Assembly (NCBI GenBank): GCA_026414305.1
Contig: JAOAJH010000003.1
Location: 64,994-128,993, forward strand
From: Candidatus Aenigmatarchaeota archaeon
Lineage (GTDB): Archaea > Aenigmatarchaeota > Aenigmatarchaeia > CG10238-14
Reading direction: 5' to 3'
DNA length: 64,000 bases
Position numbers and translations under genes: made by a program. Position 1 is the stretch's first letter, and each line of letters opens with the position of its first letter. The notes under the pieces are model-generated. The model had not been told where the DNA came from. It searched no databases and worked only from the letters and a program-made list of their open reading frames with translations. Below are positions 1 to 9,549 of the stretch, piece after piece.

Positions 1-65
1 TAATCATAGAGAATATGCTTCTTGCTACTGATTTCGACATATGTTACTATCTAATAGTAAATAAT

Positions 66-608
66 TTAAACTTTTCTAAAGAGCATGTAAATCGTTGAAG
101 ATGCTATCAGAGCTATCATTATAAAAATGCTAAACTCGCTTAAGCTAAAGTATTCCTCAGAAGAAACGTTAACAGTTATCTGCTTTGTTGTATGCCTGTT
201 TGTGACTGTAAATGTGATTGGTATTGGTGATGTTGTTTGTGACAAAAGCACAATTTTTGGTTGCAAATATCCTGTCAATTTTGGTCCTATTGAAGTTGAA
301 TGAGACGGTAAGCTTACTATAACATTGCTAGAGCTTGTTTGATAGCTTGTTATTGTATATTCAAAAGTATATCCACCCAAATTTCTTACATATATGTTGA
401 TTGGTTTTTCCATGCCTATAGTAGCTTTATGATCCCCTGACCAGAGTTCAAAATCTTCGCAATCTTGATACCAAAAACCTCCACAACATTCACCACTCGC
501 AAAACATCTCTGCTGGTTTGTCTGATAATCTCTGCAGCAAACATAAGCATTAGCAGTGTTTAATGCAAATACCAGAATCAAAACAGCCAAAACAATTCTT
601 TTGAACAT
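66..608 (-). CDS. Secreted Cys-rich surface protein with a C-terminal PEF-CTERM-like (SEF) sorting/anchor segment
   Basis: Likely start MFKRIVLAVL at 608. Signal peptide ending ANA; CC-x-C-CC-C cluster; C-terminal SEF + hydrophobic helix + RK tail. Confidence 0.6.
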   Translation of the reverse strand: MFKRIVLAVLILVFALNTANAYVCCRDYQTNQQRCFASGECCGGFWYQDCEDFELWSGDHKATIGMEKPINIYVRNLGGYTFEYTITSYQTSSSNVIVSLPSHSTSIGPKLTGYLQPKIVLLSQTTSPIPITFTVTNRHTTKQITVNVSSEEYFSLSEFSIFIMIALIASSTIYMLFRKV

Positions 609-650
609 AATAAATTTTATTTGAATTTTCATATTAAAAAACAATGTTGG

Positions 651-962
651 TTATACAAAAACCCAAATAATGCTGTATAATCCTTTAAGAGCCATCAAAA
701 TTCCTATGTAAAAAGCCACTTTTAAGAAAAAAACACCGACTAGAGGCAATGAAACTAGTAATATAATAAAAGCGGCCAAAACGTCAACTAAACCCATCCA
801 ATCAAAATAATATCCTGCTGCAAAGCTGCCCATCAATGAAGTTATGCCTTTGATTGAATGGATCCATAAAAAAGTGATAACTAAAGGGTGTGTCATCCCC
901 TTTATAAGAAAATATGCGCTAAATAGGTCTGACAAAGCCAATATAAAAAGCAGGTAGCGCAT
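651..962 (-). CDS. Small multi-pass membrane protein, unknown function
   Basis: 103-aa ORF with about 4 hydrophobic segments. Confidence 0.6.
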   Translation of the reverse strand: MRYLLFILALSDLFSAYFLIKGMTHPLVITFLWIHSIKGITSLMGSFAAGYYFDWMGLVDVLAAFIILLVSLPLVGVFFLKVAFYIGILMALKGLYSIIWVFV

Positions 963-1013
963 AAAACAAAATTGTAAATTAAATTTTTAAACTGAATAAT
1001 TCATTTTATGAAC

Positions 1014-1466
1014 ATGGGAGAATGCATATTTTGCAGAATTGTAAAAGGATATGAAGAAAGTGCGAAAATTTGGGAAGACGATGATTTTTTAGCGATTTTG
1101 GATGTTATGCCAAACACAAAAGGCATGACATTGCTTATAACAAAAAAACATTATGATTCTTATGTTTTTGATATGGATGATGAATTTTACAAAAAATATA
1201 TGGCTGCTGCTAAAAAAGTTGCAAAAATTCTTGAAAAAGGATTGAAAGTAAAAAGAGTTGCAATGGTCATTGAAGGCATGGGGATAAATCATTCTCATAT
1301 AAAACTTTACCCATTGCATGGTTTGAAGGAAAAGTTCACAGAAATGTGGACAAAAGAAAAGGTATGGTTTGACAAATATCCTGGATATATAACAACGCAC
1401 ACTGGGCATAGAGTTGAAGTTAAAAAATTGAAGAAGCTGGCAGAAAAAATAAAAAACAAAAAATAG
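1014..1466 (+). CDS. HIT family nucleotide hydrolase (HxHxK variant)
   Basis: N-terminal CIFC, AILDVMP..GMTLLI, and INHSHIKLYP triad region. Start could be 1008. Confidence 0.85.
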   Translation: MGECIFCRIVKGYEESAKIWEDDDFLAILDVMPNTKGMTLLITKKHYDSYVFDMDDEFYKKYMAAAKKVAKILEKGLKVKRVAMVIEGMGINHSHIKLYPLHGLKEKFTEMWTKEKVWFDKYPGYITTHTGHRVEVKKLKKLAEKIKNKK

Positions 1467-1467
1467 A

Positions 1468-2037
1468 TTATATGAAATTTCCTATAGACAAAATCGCAAA
1501 TATACCCAAACTATGCAAAATAAACGCAATTATCAAAAACTTCTGTGTGTTTATGTTTTTTGAGCTTGCCAAAAGGGATACACCTATCTCTGTAGGCAAA
1601 GGTGATGCTATTAAAAAACCGGCAATGACAGGAATAACATAATTTGACTTTTTTCCGAAAAGCCTTTTTCCGTTTTCAATTATAGTTTTGATCATTTTCT
1701 CATTCTTTATATTGTCAATTTCGTCCATAAATGAGTGTCTTACAAAACGGAATATAAGATAATCACTTATTACTGCACCAAGACCGCCAACTAAGGTTGC
1801 TAAAACCAATATTTGCTCTTTTGAAAGTACTAGCAATACAGCTGTAGCTGGGGCTGAAGTAAAACCATATGCATAAAAGAAACCGCCTATAAAAGTTCCT
1901 ATATAACCTAAAGACACTATAAAGTCATGGAAGGGATCGTAGTTTTTGCCTTCATAAAATATTATTACTGCAACTATTATGGTAAATATCAATACTGTGA
2001 GTTTAGGGTATTTTATTTTATTAGTTTCTTTAGCCAT
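1468..2037 (-). CDS. Membrane protein, possibly DedA/VTT-like
   Basis: Several TM helices; GGLGAVISDYLIFRF and ASPLP segments resemble VTT-domain proteins. Confidence 0.5.
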   Translation of the reverse strand: MAKETNKIKYPKLTVLIFTIIVAVIIFYEGKNYDPFHDFIVSLGYIGTFIGGFFYAYGFTSAPATAVLLVLSKEQILVLATLVGGLGAVISDYLIFRFVRHSFMDEIDNIKNEKMIKTIIENGKRLFGKKSNYVIPVIAGFLIASPLPTEIGVSLLASSKNINTQKFLIIAFILHSLGIFAILSIGNFI

Positions 2038-2158
2038 ATCTATGAGTAACTTTGCAATTTTATATAATTTTCCACGTAAAAATAAGAAAATTTATTGCTT
2101 ATTAAATTCGACTCATTTTTATCATTATAATGAAAAAATTAAATTTTTTATTAAAACA

Positions 2159-2233
2159 TGCTCCGACTGGGATTTGAACCCAGAATCTTTGCCTTAGGAG
2201 GGCACTGCTCTATCCAAGTTGAGCTATCGGAGC
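2159..2233 (-). tRNA. tRNA-Arg(CCT)
   Basis: Reverse complement GCTCCGA...TCGGAGC forms the acceptor stem; anticodon loop CT-CCT-AA; T-loop TTCAAAT; no encoded CCA. Confidence 0.93.
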
Positions 2234-2285
2234 TTATAATTTTATAAGGGAAAACAAAATTAATGTTTTTATGTTTTTGAAAAAA

Positions 2286-2951
2286 TTATTCTATTGTTTT
2301 CAAAAACATTTCAGCCATTTCTGCAATATTTTCATCAGATTTTATACCAGTCCATGGATCTTCTTTTGAAACAATATTGACTACAACAATATTTGAGCCA
2401 TTAAATATAGCACTTCTAGCTTCTTTCAAATCAACACCGCCTGCAGCTGATATTAAAACGTTATATTTGCTTTTTATTTTGTTTATATGCTTGTATTTTA
2501 TGACCTTGCCTCTTGTTCCCTCTTCATCCCTGCCTTTGTGAAGAATTACAACATTTGGAGGCTTTTTCAGTTTTAATAAAATTTTTATTGGCTCATCAAC
2601 TCCGATCATGTCAATCATTGAAACCATTCCAAGTTCACTACATTTATGAATAAATAAATTGACTGTTTCAATTGGAGCACTTCCCAAAACTGTTGCAGCA
2701 GCTGCCCCGGCTTTATACGCAAGCTCAACCTCCCTTAAAGCACCATCCATTACTTTCAAGTCTGCAACTACCTTGCCGCCCCATAAATTGGAAATAAGTT
2801 GTATTCCATAAAATCCTTCTTTTTTGATAAATGGTGTGCCTGCTTCTATGAGAATTCTCTCGTTTTTTGGAATTTTTGGAAGAATTCTTATAACCTCATT
2901 CAAATCATTATTAAAAGCTATCTGTAAATATCTTTTTTTCTGCTCTAGCAT
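2286..2951 (-). CDS. OMP decarboxylase/3-hexulose-6-phosphate synthase (HUMPS) family TIM barrel
   Basis: LQIAF, IEAGTPFIK, VVADLKVMD and AAGGV motifs, typical of Hps-like domains. Confidence 0.8.
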   Translation of the reverse strand: MLEQKKRYLQIAFNNDLNEVIRILPKIPKNERILIEAGTPFIKKEGFYGIQLISNLWGGKVVADLKVMDGALREVELAYKAGAAAATVLGSAPIETVNLFIHKCSELGMVSMIDMIGVDEPIKILLKLKKPPNVVILHKGRDEEGTRGKVIKYKHINKIKSKYNVLISAAGGVDLKEARSAIFNGSNIVVVNIVSKEDPWTGIKSDENIAEMAEMFLKTIE

Positions 2952-2962
2952 CTGAGCATCTC

Positions 2963-3706
2963 CTATTTTTTAACTATTTTTTTGACAAGTCTTTCAGTGT
3001 CAGAAGGCAAAAACAATACAATTTTTTCAGAAGGATCTGCGGCTATATCTCTTATTGTTTGCAATGTTCTCAGTTGAACTGCTGCAGGACTCTTTGAAAG
3101 ATTATCTGCTGCTTTTCTTAGATTCTCAGAAGCTTTTAGTTCACCTTCTGCAGCAATTATAATAGCTCTTCTTTCTCTCTCTGCTTCTGCTTGCTTTGCC
3201 ATAGCCCTTTTCATTTCTGCTGGCAGTTCTATTTCCTGAATTTTTATTGACTCTATGTTAACACCCCAACCAGATGTTTCAGCATCAACAATTTTTCTTA
3301 TGCTACTTGCAATTTTTTCTCTTTCTGTTAAAACAAAATCCAATTCAGAGTTACCAACAACGTCTCTTAATGCAGCTTGTGTGTACTGCTTCACAGCAAA
3401 CTCAAAATCTTCAATTTTTATTATTGCGTCAGCTGGTTTTTCAACTCTGAAATAAACGACAGTATTAGCCAAAATAGGTATATTATCTTTTGTTATAACT
3501 TCTTGTCTTGGTATGTCAGCAGTTTTGATTCTTATATCAACTCTTGTCATTGTCTGAATTATTGGTATAATCCATGTTAAACCAGGCTCTTTAACAGTAC
3601 TAAATTTTCCAAGTGTAAAAACTACGCCTCGTTCATATTGATATAGAACTCTAATACCAGACAAAAATAAAATTACGAAAAATGTTGTTAAAAATACGAA
3701 AATCAT
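2963..3706 (-). CDS. SPFH/stomatin (slipin) family protein
   Basis: N-terminal TM; YERGVVFTLG, PRQEVITKDN, AKQAEAERERRA and QLRTLQT motifs. Confidence 0.93.
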   Translation of the reverse strand: MIFVFLTTFFVILFLSGIRVLYQYERGVVFTLGKFSTVKEPGLTWIIPIIQTMTRVDIRIKTADIPRQEVITKDNIPILANTVVYFRVEKPADAIIKIEDFEFAVKQYTQAALRDVVGNSELDFVLTEREKIASSIRKIVDAETSGWGVNIESIKIQEIELPAEMKRAMAKQAEAERERRAIIIAAEGELKASENLRKAADNLSKSPAAVQLRTLQTIRDIAADPSEKIVLFLPSDTERLVKKIVKK

Positions 3707-3807
3707 TTTTATACCTAAATATAATTTTTATTTTCGATATTTAAATCTAACCTTAACCATTCAAAATATTCTATAATTTTATAATAACAAAAACAAAATT
3801 AATAGTG

Positions 3808-5139
3808 ATGAGTATGAAAGATAAAGATTTGAAATTTATGGCAAAACACTTTGTAGTAAATTCAATGGGTATAGGCACAAAGGAAAATCCAGGAATAAAA
3901 AAAGCAATGAAATTATATCCAAGTTTTGTTAAGAAAATTATAAAATTAAAATCATTTTCTGCAAAAAAATTGAATGACAAAGAGAAAAAGATTGTTGAAA
4001 AATTAAAAGATCCTGATTTTGGGCCACTAGTAGTTGAATGGAAAGGAAAATACTTTGTCAAAAAAAGAATTGGCCACACAGTTAGATTGCTTTACTCAAA
4101 CACTGATAAGGAATGTGTGAAATTTGTTGAATATGTGAAAGAAGAATGCTGGAAAAGAGGTGCACATGTTGCTGATATACCAACAAACACATTTGATTCG
4201 AGAAAGCATTTGCAAATGATACCGTTTGACACAGCTGCAGAATTACCAGAATCCTCAAAAGCCATGGCAAAGGCATATGATTTTAGGATTTTCATAGGCG
4301 GCGATGAAGATATAAATTGGACTGCTGGTTTGGAGGATAAACTGAAAATAGGTGCTCCTGCTACAATGAAAATAAGAGAAATACTTGACAAAAACAAAGT
4401 CAACTGGTGTTTGTTTGGATGGCCTGTTATGAGAAAGAGAAGCCAGCTTTACGTATCTCCACAAAAATACAAAAAAGTTTTCTTTGATTCAATAAAAGAG
4501 ACGTTTACGCCAAGAGTGAAAAGAATATGCAATTATTACAAAAAAGCTTTGGAAGGTGTTGAAAATATAAGAGTAACAGCAAAAGATGGTACTGACTTTT
4601 CGCTTAGCATTAAAGGAAGGAAAATAAAAGTAGCTGATGGTATAATGTCTGAAGATGATATAAGAAATGGCGATAATGGATTGAACATACCTGATGGCGA
4701 AGTATATTATGCCCCTGTTGAAACATCAGGAAATGGATACATAAAATTCGATTACACGACAATACATGGATATGGGTTTATAAAAAATCTAGAGCTTAAA
4801 TTTGAAAAAGGAAAAGTAGTTTGGTTTAATGCCCCTGGCAATGAAAAGAAAATATTTCAGAAATTTTTGGACAGCAACACAGGTGATAAAGATAGGCTAG
4901 CAGAGTTTGCAATAGGCACAAATCCAAAAGCACAATTTGTTGGCGAGACAATAGTTGATGAAAAAATATTTGGTACAATCCATGTAGCTATAGGAAACAA
5001 CAGAGGCCCAGGGTTTGGCGGAAAGAACAAAGCATCATGTCATCAGGATATGATAAAGATAATGAAAGGCAGACAAGGCAATGTTTATGCAGATGGGAAA
5101 TTGATAATGAAAAATGGAATGCCTGTTGGTCTAAAATGA
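3808..5139 (+). CDS. M29 (AmpS/AmpT-type) aminopeptidase with N-terminal extension
   Basis: GTDF, NIPDGEVYYAP, LAEFAIGTN, DEKIFGTIHVAIG and HQD metal-ligand motifs. Confidence 0.9.
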   Translation: MSMKDKDLKFMAKHFVVNSMGIGTKENPGIKKAMKLYPSFVKKIIKLKSFSAKKLNDKEKKIVEKLKDPDFGPLVVEWKGKYFVKKRIGHTVRLLYSNTDKECVKFVEYVKEECWKRGAHVADIPTNTFDSRKHLQMIPFDTAAELPESSKAMAKAYDFRIFIGGDEDINWTAGLEDKLKIGAPATMKIREILDKNKVNWCLFGWPVMRKRSQLYVSPQKYKKVFFDSIKETFTPRVKRICNYYKKALEGVENIRVTAKDGTDFSLSIKGRKIKVADGIMSEDDIRNGDNGLNIPDGEVYYAPVETSGNGYIKFDYTTIHGYGFIKNLELKFEKGKVVWFNAPGNEKKIFQKFLDSNTGDKDRLAEFAIGTNPKAQFVGETIVDEKIFGTIHVAIGNNRGPGFGGKNKASCHQDMIKIMKGRQGNVYADGKLIMKNGMPVGLK

Positions 5140-6188
5140 ACATTGATGTTCTTTATAAAAAATTGAAACAAAGCAAGTTAGATGCAGCCATATTTTTTAG
5201 CTCTGAGAACAGCAAAGATGTAAATTTTGATTATTTTTCAGATTTTAAAAACCCGACTTTTTCATTTTTGGTTGTTTGCAAAAAAAGTTTCATTGCAGCT
5301 AGCTCTATAGATTATGAAAGAGCATTGGAGGAAAGTAGTTTAGACGTCATCAAATTAAAGGATTACAAATATAATTTGAAAAAAATAATCAAAGAAAAAA
5401 CAAAAGCAAAGAAAATAGGTATATTGTTTTCATCCATTCCATATTCAATTGCAAAATCATTGCGTGGATATAAGCTTGTAAGCATATCAGAGCAAGTTCA
5501 ATCAATCAGGGCTATAAAGAGCAAGAAGGAAATAAGCTACATTAAAAGAGCGTGTGAAATTGCAAATAAATGCATAAAGCATATAGAAAAAGAGTTCTCA
5601 AATTTTACAAATGAGAAAGAAATATTTTTTGAAATAAAAAATGTTATTGAAAAGAAAAAAGGTGATGGGTTTTCATTTGATCCAATTATAGCTAGTGGAA
5701 ACAGATCTGCTATTATTCATCCTTATCCTTCTTTTAGCAATAAAAAAATATCAAAAGGTTTGGGGTTGATTGATTTTGGTGTCAAATATAAAGGATATTG
5801 CTCTGATGTTACTTTGCCTTTTTCTGTTGGCAGCTTGAATAAAAAGCAGAAAGTAATAGTTGAAGCTGTTTTAGATGCATATGGCACTTGTAAAGATATG
5901 TTGAAAGACGGTCAATCAGTCAGCGAGGTTTTCAAAGTTGCTGAAAAGACGATAAATAAGCATGGATTTGAATTTAAGCATGCTGCAGGACATGGTATAG
6001 GATTGGAAGTGCATGATCCGCCTTCTTTGTCTATAGCAATGAAATCCGAAAGATTGAAAAAATATATGACTGTCACACTTGAACCAGGAGTTTATGAAAC
6101 TGATATAGGTGGATGTAGGTTGGAGAATGATTTTCTTATAAGTAAAAAACCTGTTGTTTTAACAAAATCAGAATTTAAGGAATTCTAA
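5136..6188 (+). CDS. M24 Xaa-Pro aminopeptidase/prolidase
   Basis: IDFGVKYKGYCSDVT, HAAGHGIGLEVHD, TLEPGVY and GCRLEND motifs. The ATGA overlap with the upstream stop supports a start at 5136. Confidence 0.92.
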   Translation: MNIDVLYKKLKQSKLDAAIFFSSENSKDVNFDYFSDFKNPTFSFLVVCKKSFIAASSIDYERALEESSLDVIKLKDYKYNLKKIIKEKTKAKKIGILFSSIPYSIAKSLRGYKLVSISEQVQSIRAIKSKKEISYIKRACEIANKCIKHIEKEFSNFTNEKEIFFEIKNVIEKKKGDGFSFDPIIASGNRSAIIHPYPSFSNKKISKGLGLIDFGVKYKGYCSDVTLPFSVGSLNKKQKVIVEAVLDAYGTCKDMLKDGQSVSEVFKVAEKTINKHGFEFKHAAGHGIGLEVHDPPSLSIAMKSERLKKYMTVTLEPGVYETDIGGCRLENDFLISKKPVVLTKSEFKEF

Positions 6189-6235
6189 CAAGAATAACTC
6201 TAATTTATTTAAAGTAGGAAACGAATAAAATTATT

Positions 6236-6919
6236 ATGTTTGGCTTGTTTAAAAAGAAAAAAGAGGATTTAGATTATACATTACCTCCTTTGGAAAGTCA
6301 GGCAGCTCAAGTAAATCAAAAAAATGAGATTGAAGAGCAATTACCACAAATTGAGGATTTTCCAAAAGATGAAGAGTTACCAAAAACTGAAGAAAAAGTC
6401 GAAATTTCAAAGCCAGAGATTTCTAGCATTGAAAGCGAGTTAGCATCATTAGAAACGTTAATGCCAAAATCAGAATCAGAGCCAAGTAAAAACATGACTT
6501 TGGAAAACCTTTGTATAAAAATAGATCTTGAAGCAGAAGACATAGAAAGAAGGATAAAAGAAATAAAGACAATTGTCTCAAAGATAAGCCTCAGTAGCTC
6601 TGAAATATTTGATTTGCTTGATCTATACTCAAAAGCAAAGACAAAGCTAAAGGAATTTACACAAGAAATAGACAGGTTTGACAGCATCGGGTGGGGTGTT
6701 GATGAAGAAACAGCAGCATTTTACAAGTTCAAAGCATGCAAGAGTTTGGCTAAAATAAGAAAAGAAATGATTGATATAGAAGAATTGATAAAAGAATCAG
6801 GTTTTACACCCGCTAAAATAGAAGAGATATTGCACACTCCAGCAGAAAAGCTAGTTGATCAGATGGCCAAAGTAAAGCCAGTAGAGCATAAGTTAAAAAA
6901 GGTTAAAAAAAAGAGATAA
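6236..6919 (+). CDS. Hypothetical charged helical protein
   Basis: 227-aa ORF; MFGLFKKKK start, Glu/Pro-rich linker and helical C-terminal half. Confidence 0.65.
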   Translation: MFGLFKKKKEDLDYTLPPLESQAAQVNQKNEIEEQLPQIEDFPKDEELPKTEEKVEISKPEISSIESELASLETLMPKSESEPSKNMTLENLCIKIDLEAEDIERRIKEIKTIVSKISLSSSEIFDLLDLYSKAKTKLKEFTQEIDRFDSIGWGVDEETAAFYKFKACKSLAKIRKEMIDIEELIKESGFTPAKIEEILHTPAEKLVDQMAKVKPVEHKLKKVKKKR

Positions 6920-6931
6920 TTTTGAGGGATT

Positions 6932-7537
6932 ATGAGCGAGGATATATTGATAAATAAAGCTATACGTATCCTTAGTTCAGGCGGTGTAATAATCTATCCA
7001 ACAGAAACTGTTTATGGTTTGGGTGCGGACGCTACAAATAAAATGGCTGTAAAGAAGATTTTTGACATAAAAAGAAGGGACAAACTCAAACCCATTTTAA
7101 TAGCTTTTTCTAGTGTAGAAATGGCAAAGAAATATGTTTGGTGGAACAAGTATGCTGACAAGCTTGCTAGCAGATATTTACCAGGGCCGCTTTCACTTGT
7201 GCTAAGCATAAAGGATGACAGCATTGATGAAAGCATATATCAAGGTGGTATTAAAGTGGGTATAAGAATACCTAAAAATGATTTTGTACTAAAGCTAATA
7301 TCAAGTTTTAACAGGCCGATAACTTCTACTTCTGCAAATTTGTCAGGGGAAAACCCTCCTATAAAAGTTGAAGATATTGATGATGAAGTGAAAGGCAAAG
7401 TTGACTTGATTATAGACAAGGGAAAATGTGATGTTGGTAAGCCATCAACAATAGTTGATGTTTCTTCATATCCACCAAAACTTATAAGAGAAGGTGTAAT
7501 AAAGTTTCAGGAAATAATGGATGTTATAAACAGCTAA
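6932..7537 (+). CDS. sua5: L-threonylcarbamoyladenylate synthase (TsaC/Sua5 YrdC domain)
   Basis: YPTETVYGLGADA, PGPLSLVL, GIRIP, TSTSANLSG and PSTIVD motifs. Single-domain form. Confidence 0.95.
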   Translation: MSEDILINKAIRILSSGGVIIYPTETVYGLGADATNKMAVKKIFDIKRRDKLKPILIAFSSVEMAKKYVWWNKYADKLASRYLPGPLSLVLSIKDDSIDESIYQGGIKVGIRIPKNDFVLKLISSFNRPITSTSANLSGENPPIKVEDIDDEVKGKVDLIIDKGKCDVGKPSTIVDVSSYPPKLIREGVIKFQEIMDVINS

Positions 7538-7986
7538 TCGCAAAAATCATCTACTATAGCATTGTTCAATTTTATCACATCATCGACTTTTAGCTCTATT
7601 ATAAGCTTTTTGCTGCCGCCTCCCCCAAACATTGTTTCATGCTTTAAAAAGTCTTTATCCAAGCCTACTGCCTTTATGTTAAAGTATGATAATGGTGGCG
7701 TCTCTCCAGGGTCATACCCTGAATAATTTTTAGCTTTTTCTGGTAATGCAAGATGGACCTTTTTCAGATTAAATGCCTTTTTCACCTTACTAAAATTCAG
7801 TTTTTTATTACCTGGAATTATAACAACATAAGCATTGTTTTTATTATCCAGAATGACAAGTGATTTTGAAACTTTTTCAGGATTTAAGTTTACAGATAAA
7901 GCAGACTCTAATGTATGGCCTGTCTCGATGGGTTTTTCTATAAACCTATACCAAATCCCTTTGCTTTTCAAATATTCACTTAACAT
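7534..7986 (-). CDS. YbaK/ProX-family aminoacyl-tRNA deacylase
   Basis: KSLV, VVIIPGNKKLN, SGYDPGETPP and FGGGG motifs. The start at 7986 follows a GGTGG RBS; the longer ORF-track start lies inside tRNA-Pro. Confidence 0.85.
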   Translation of the reverse strand: MLSEYLKSKGIWYRFIEKPIETGHTLESALSVNLNPEKVSKSLVILDNKNNAYVVIIPGNKKLNFSKVKKAFNLKKVHLALPEKAKNYSGYDPGETPPLSYFNIKAVGLDKDFLKHETMFGGGGSKKLIIELKVDDVIKLNNAIVDDFCD

Positions 7987-7996
7987 GCAACCACCA

Positions 7997-8071
7997 TGGG
8001 GCAGCCGAGATTTGAACTCGGGTCGCCAGCACCCCAAGCTGGAATACTAGACCAAGCTATACTACTGCCCC
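7997..8071 (-). tRNA. tRNA-Pro(GGG)
   Basis: GGGGCAG...CTGCCCC-A acceptor stem; anticodon arm CCAGC-TTGGGGT-GCTGG; T-loop TTCAAAT. Confidence 0.95.
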
Positions 8072-8500
8072 TTTTTCTCTTAAAAAGCATTCTATATCAT
8101 CTTTTATGCCTTTGTGTTTGACAAAATCTAATGCTTTTTCAGGCTCTATCCATATAAATTCGCTGTGCTCATGAGAAAGAAAAACTTTTCTGGAATTTGT
8201 TTCACACCAATAAATTATTCCTACTAACTCATTTTCAGCATTTTTGCTTCCACGAAACATGTGAAACACTTTGAGTGGTTTTATAATTTTTGCATTTAAT
8301 CCTGTTTCTTCTTTTATTTCTCTTTTTAAAGCACTTTCAGGGTCTTCAAATTGCTTTACCCTGCCTGTTATATTTTCCCAGACATCGGGCTCAAAGTCAG
8401 CATTAGAACTTCTCTTTATTAAAAGTATTTTTCCTGTATTTTTGTTCTCTATTACAGCACCAACAGCAAGGTTGAATTTGCCTTCATTAGTATTTACCAT
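8057..8500 (-). CDS. NUDIX hydrolase
   Basis: Nudix box GRVKQFEDPESALKREIKEETGL; LSHEH and FIW downstream. Confidence 0.92.
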   Translation of the reverse strand: MVNTNEGKFNLAVGAVIENKNTGKILLIKRSSNADFEPDVWENITGRVKQFEDPESALKREIKEETGLNAKIIKPLKVFHMFRGSKNAENELVGIIYWCETNSRKVFLSHEHSEFIWIEPEKALDFVKHKGIKDDIECFLREKGAVV

Positions 8501-8513
8501 AAAACCCCTCTAA

Positions 8514-8597
8514 CGCTGGAGGCGTGATTTGAACACGCAAGGGCTTGCGCCCGCAGGCTTTCCAGGCCTGTGCCATACCAGATTAGGCGACTCCAGC
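8514..8597 (-). tRNA. tRNA-Ser(GGA)
   Basis: GCTGGAG...CTCCAGC-G acceptor stem; CAGGC-CTGGAAA-GCCTG anticodon arm; long variable arm GGGC-GCAA-GCCC. Confidence 0.95.
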
Positions 8598-8644
8598 TTT
8601 GAAATAATATATCCTTTAATAATTGATTTAATTTTTATAAAAAT

Positions 8645-8953
8645 ATGGAAAGACTAAAGCCTTTTGTTTATAGTTCATTAGCTATAGCAGCTGATGGAAT
8701 AACAACATTCTATGGTATATCAAAAGGCATAGAAGAAGTATGGCCTTTGACAAAAATTGGGTTAGAATTTTATGGTGATATTTACCTTTTTTATAGAACT
8801 ATTATCGGTATAGCTATAACAGCAGCTTTAGGCGCCGCCCTTTTGTCATATGATGTAAAAAATCAGAAATATTCCCATAGGCTTTTTTTATATTCTGTGG
8901 GTTTGATAGAGGCAATTGCTGCATTAAACAATGCTATTCTTTTAGCTAAATAG
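8645..8953 (+). CDS. Small membrane protein (DUF5658-like)
   Basis: ADGITTFYGI..G.EE..P pattern, three hydrophobic helices, terminal NN. Confidence 0.5.
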   Translation: MERLKPFVYSSLAIAADGITTFYGISKGIEEVWPLTKIGLEFYGDIYLFYRTIIGIAITAALGAALLSYDVKNQKYSHRLFLYSVGLIEAIAALNNAILLAK

Positions 8954-9323
8954 CCTTGTTTTGTAAATTGAGCAAAAAATCTATGCCTGCAACTATCAGG
9001 GCAAGCCAAAAGCCAAAGCCATTGATGAAAATTATCAGAAAAACTATGGTTGGTTTTGTTATGAGCTCTATTATTCTTCCTATAGTAAAAAAGTGAAAAA
9101 CAAGATCTTCTGCTAATTGCAAAAGAAGGAACAAACCATAACCAGATATGTCCCAGAAATAGTCTATACCGAATATGACTACTTTCGGTATTATGGTCAT
9201 TATGTCAAAACCAAGGATAAACGCAACTATTTGAAACTCCTGCCCGAATTGAAACGGATCAATCCATGATGCAAATATCAATATCAACCCAAAAATTTGC
9301 CTTGTCAAGCTGAAGTTGAACAT
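8946..9323 (-). CDS. Hypothetical membrane protein
   Basis: 125-aa highly hydrophobic ORF. Confidence 0.55.
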   Translation of the reverse strand: MFNFSLTRQIFGLILIFASWIDPFQFGQEFQIVAFILGFDIMTIIPKVVIFGIDYFWDISGYGLFLLLQLAEDLVFHFFTIGRIIELITKPTIVFLIIFINGFGFWLALIVAGIDFLLNLQNKAI

Positions 9324-9351
9324 TTTTATCTATTCATACTAATTTCTTTTT

Positions 9352-9549
9352 ATGAAAATTAAGCTTGTTGTTGAAGGTAAAAACAAAACAATTGTCATAA
9401 AAAAATCTAACATTATTGATCTGGCCAAAAATCAAGGGATTGTTCTGTCAAATTATATAGTAAGAGTCAACAACAAAATAGTTCCTGAAGATGAAAAACT
9501 TAAGGATGGGGATGTTGTTGAGTTTTTCAAAGTTATAAGCGGTGGTTGA
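9352..9549 (+). CDS. Ubiquitin-like sulfur carrier (SAMP/ThiS/MoaD family)
   Basis: 65 aa; VRVN, LKDGDVVEF and C-terminal SGG. Confidence 0.92.
   Translation: MKIKLVVEGKNKTIVIKKSNIIDLAKNQGIVLSNYIVRVNNKIVPEDEKLKDGDVVEFFKVISGG

Noticed and set aside
1..40. Possible gene start MSKSVARSIFSMI running off the left edge
   Set aside because: Only 13 codons are visible, which is too little to call.
7987..8037. N-terminal extension MGCWRPEFKSRLPHGGC of the YbaK ORF
   Set aside because: It is mostly tRNA-Pro sequence read as protein; the real start is 7986.
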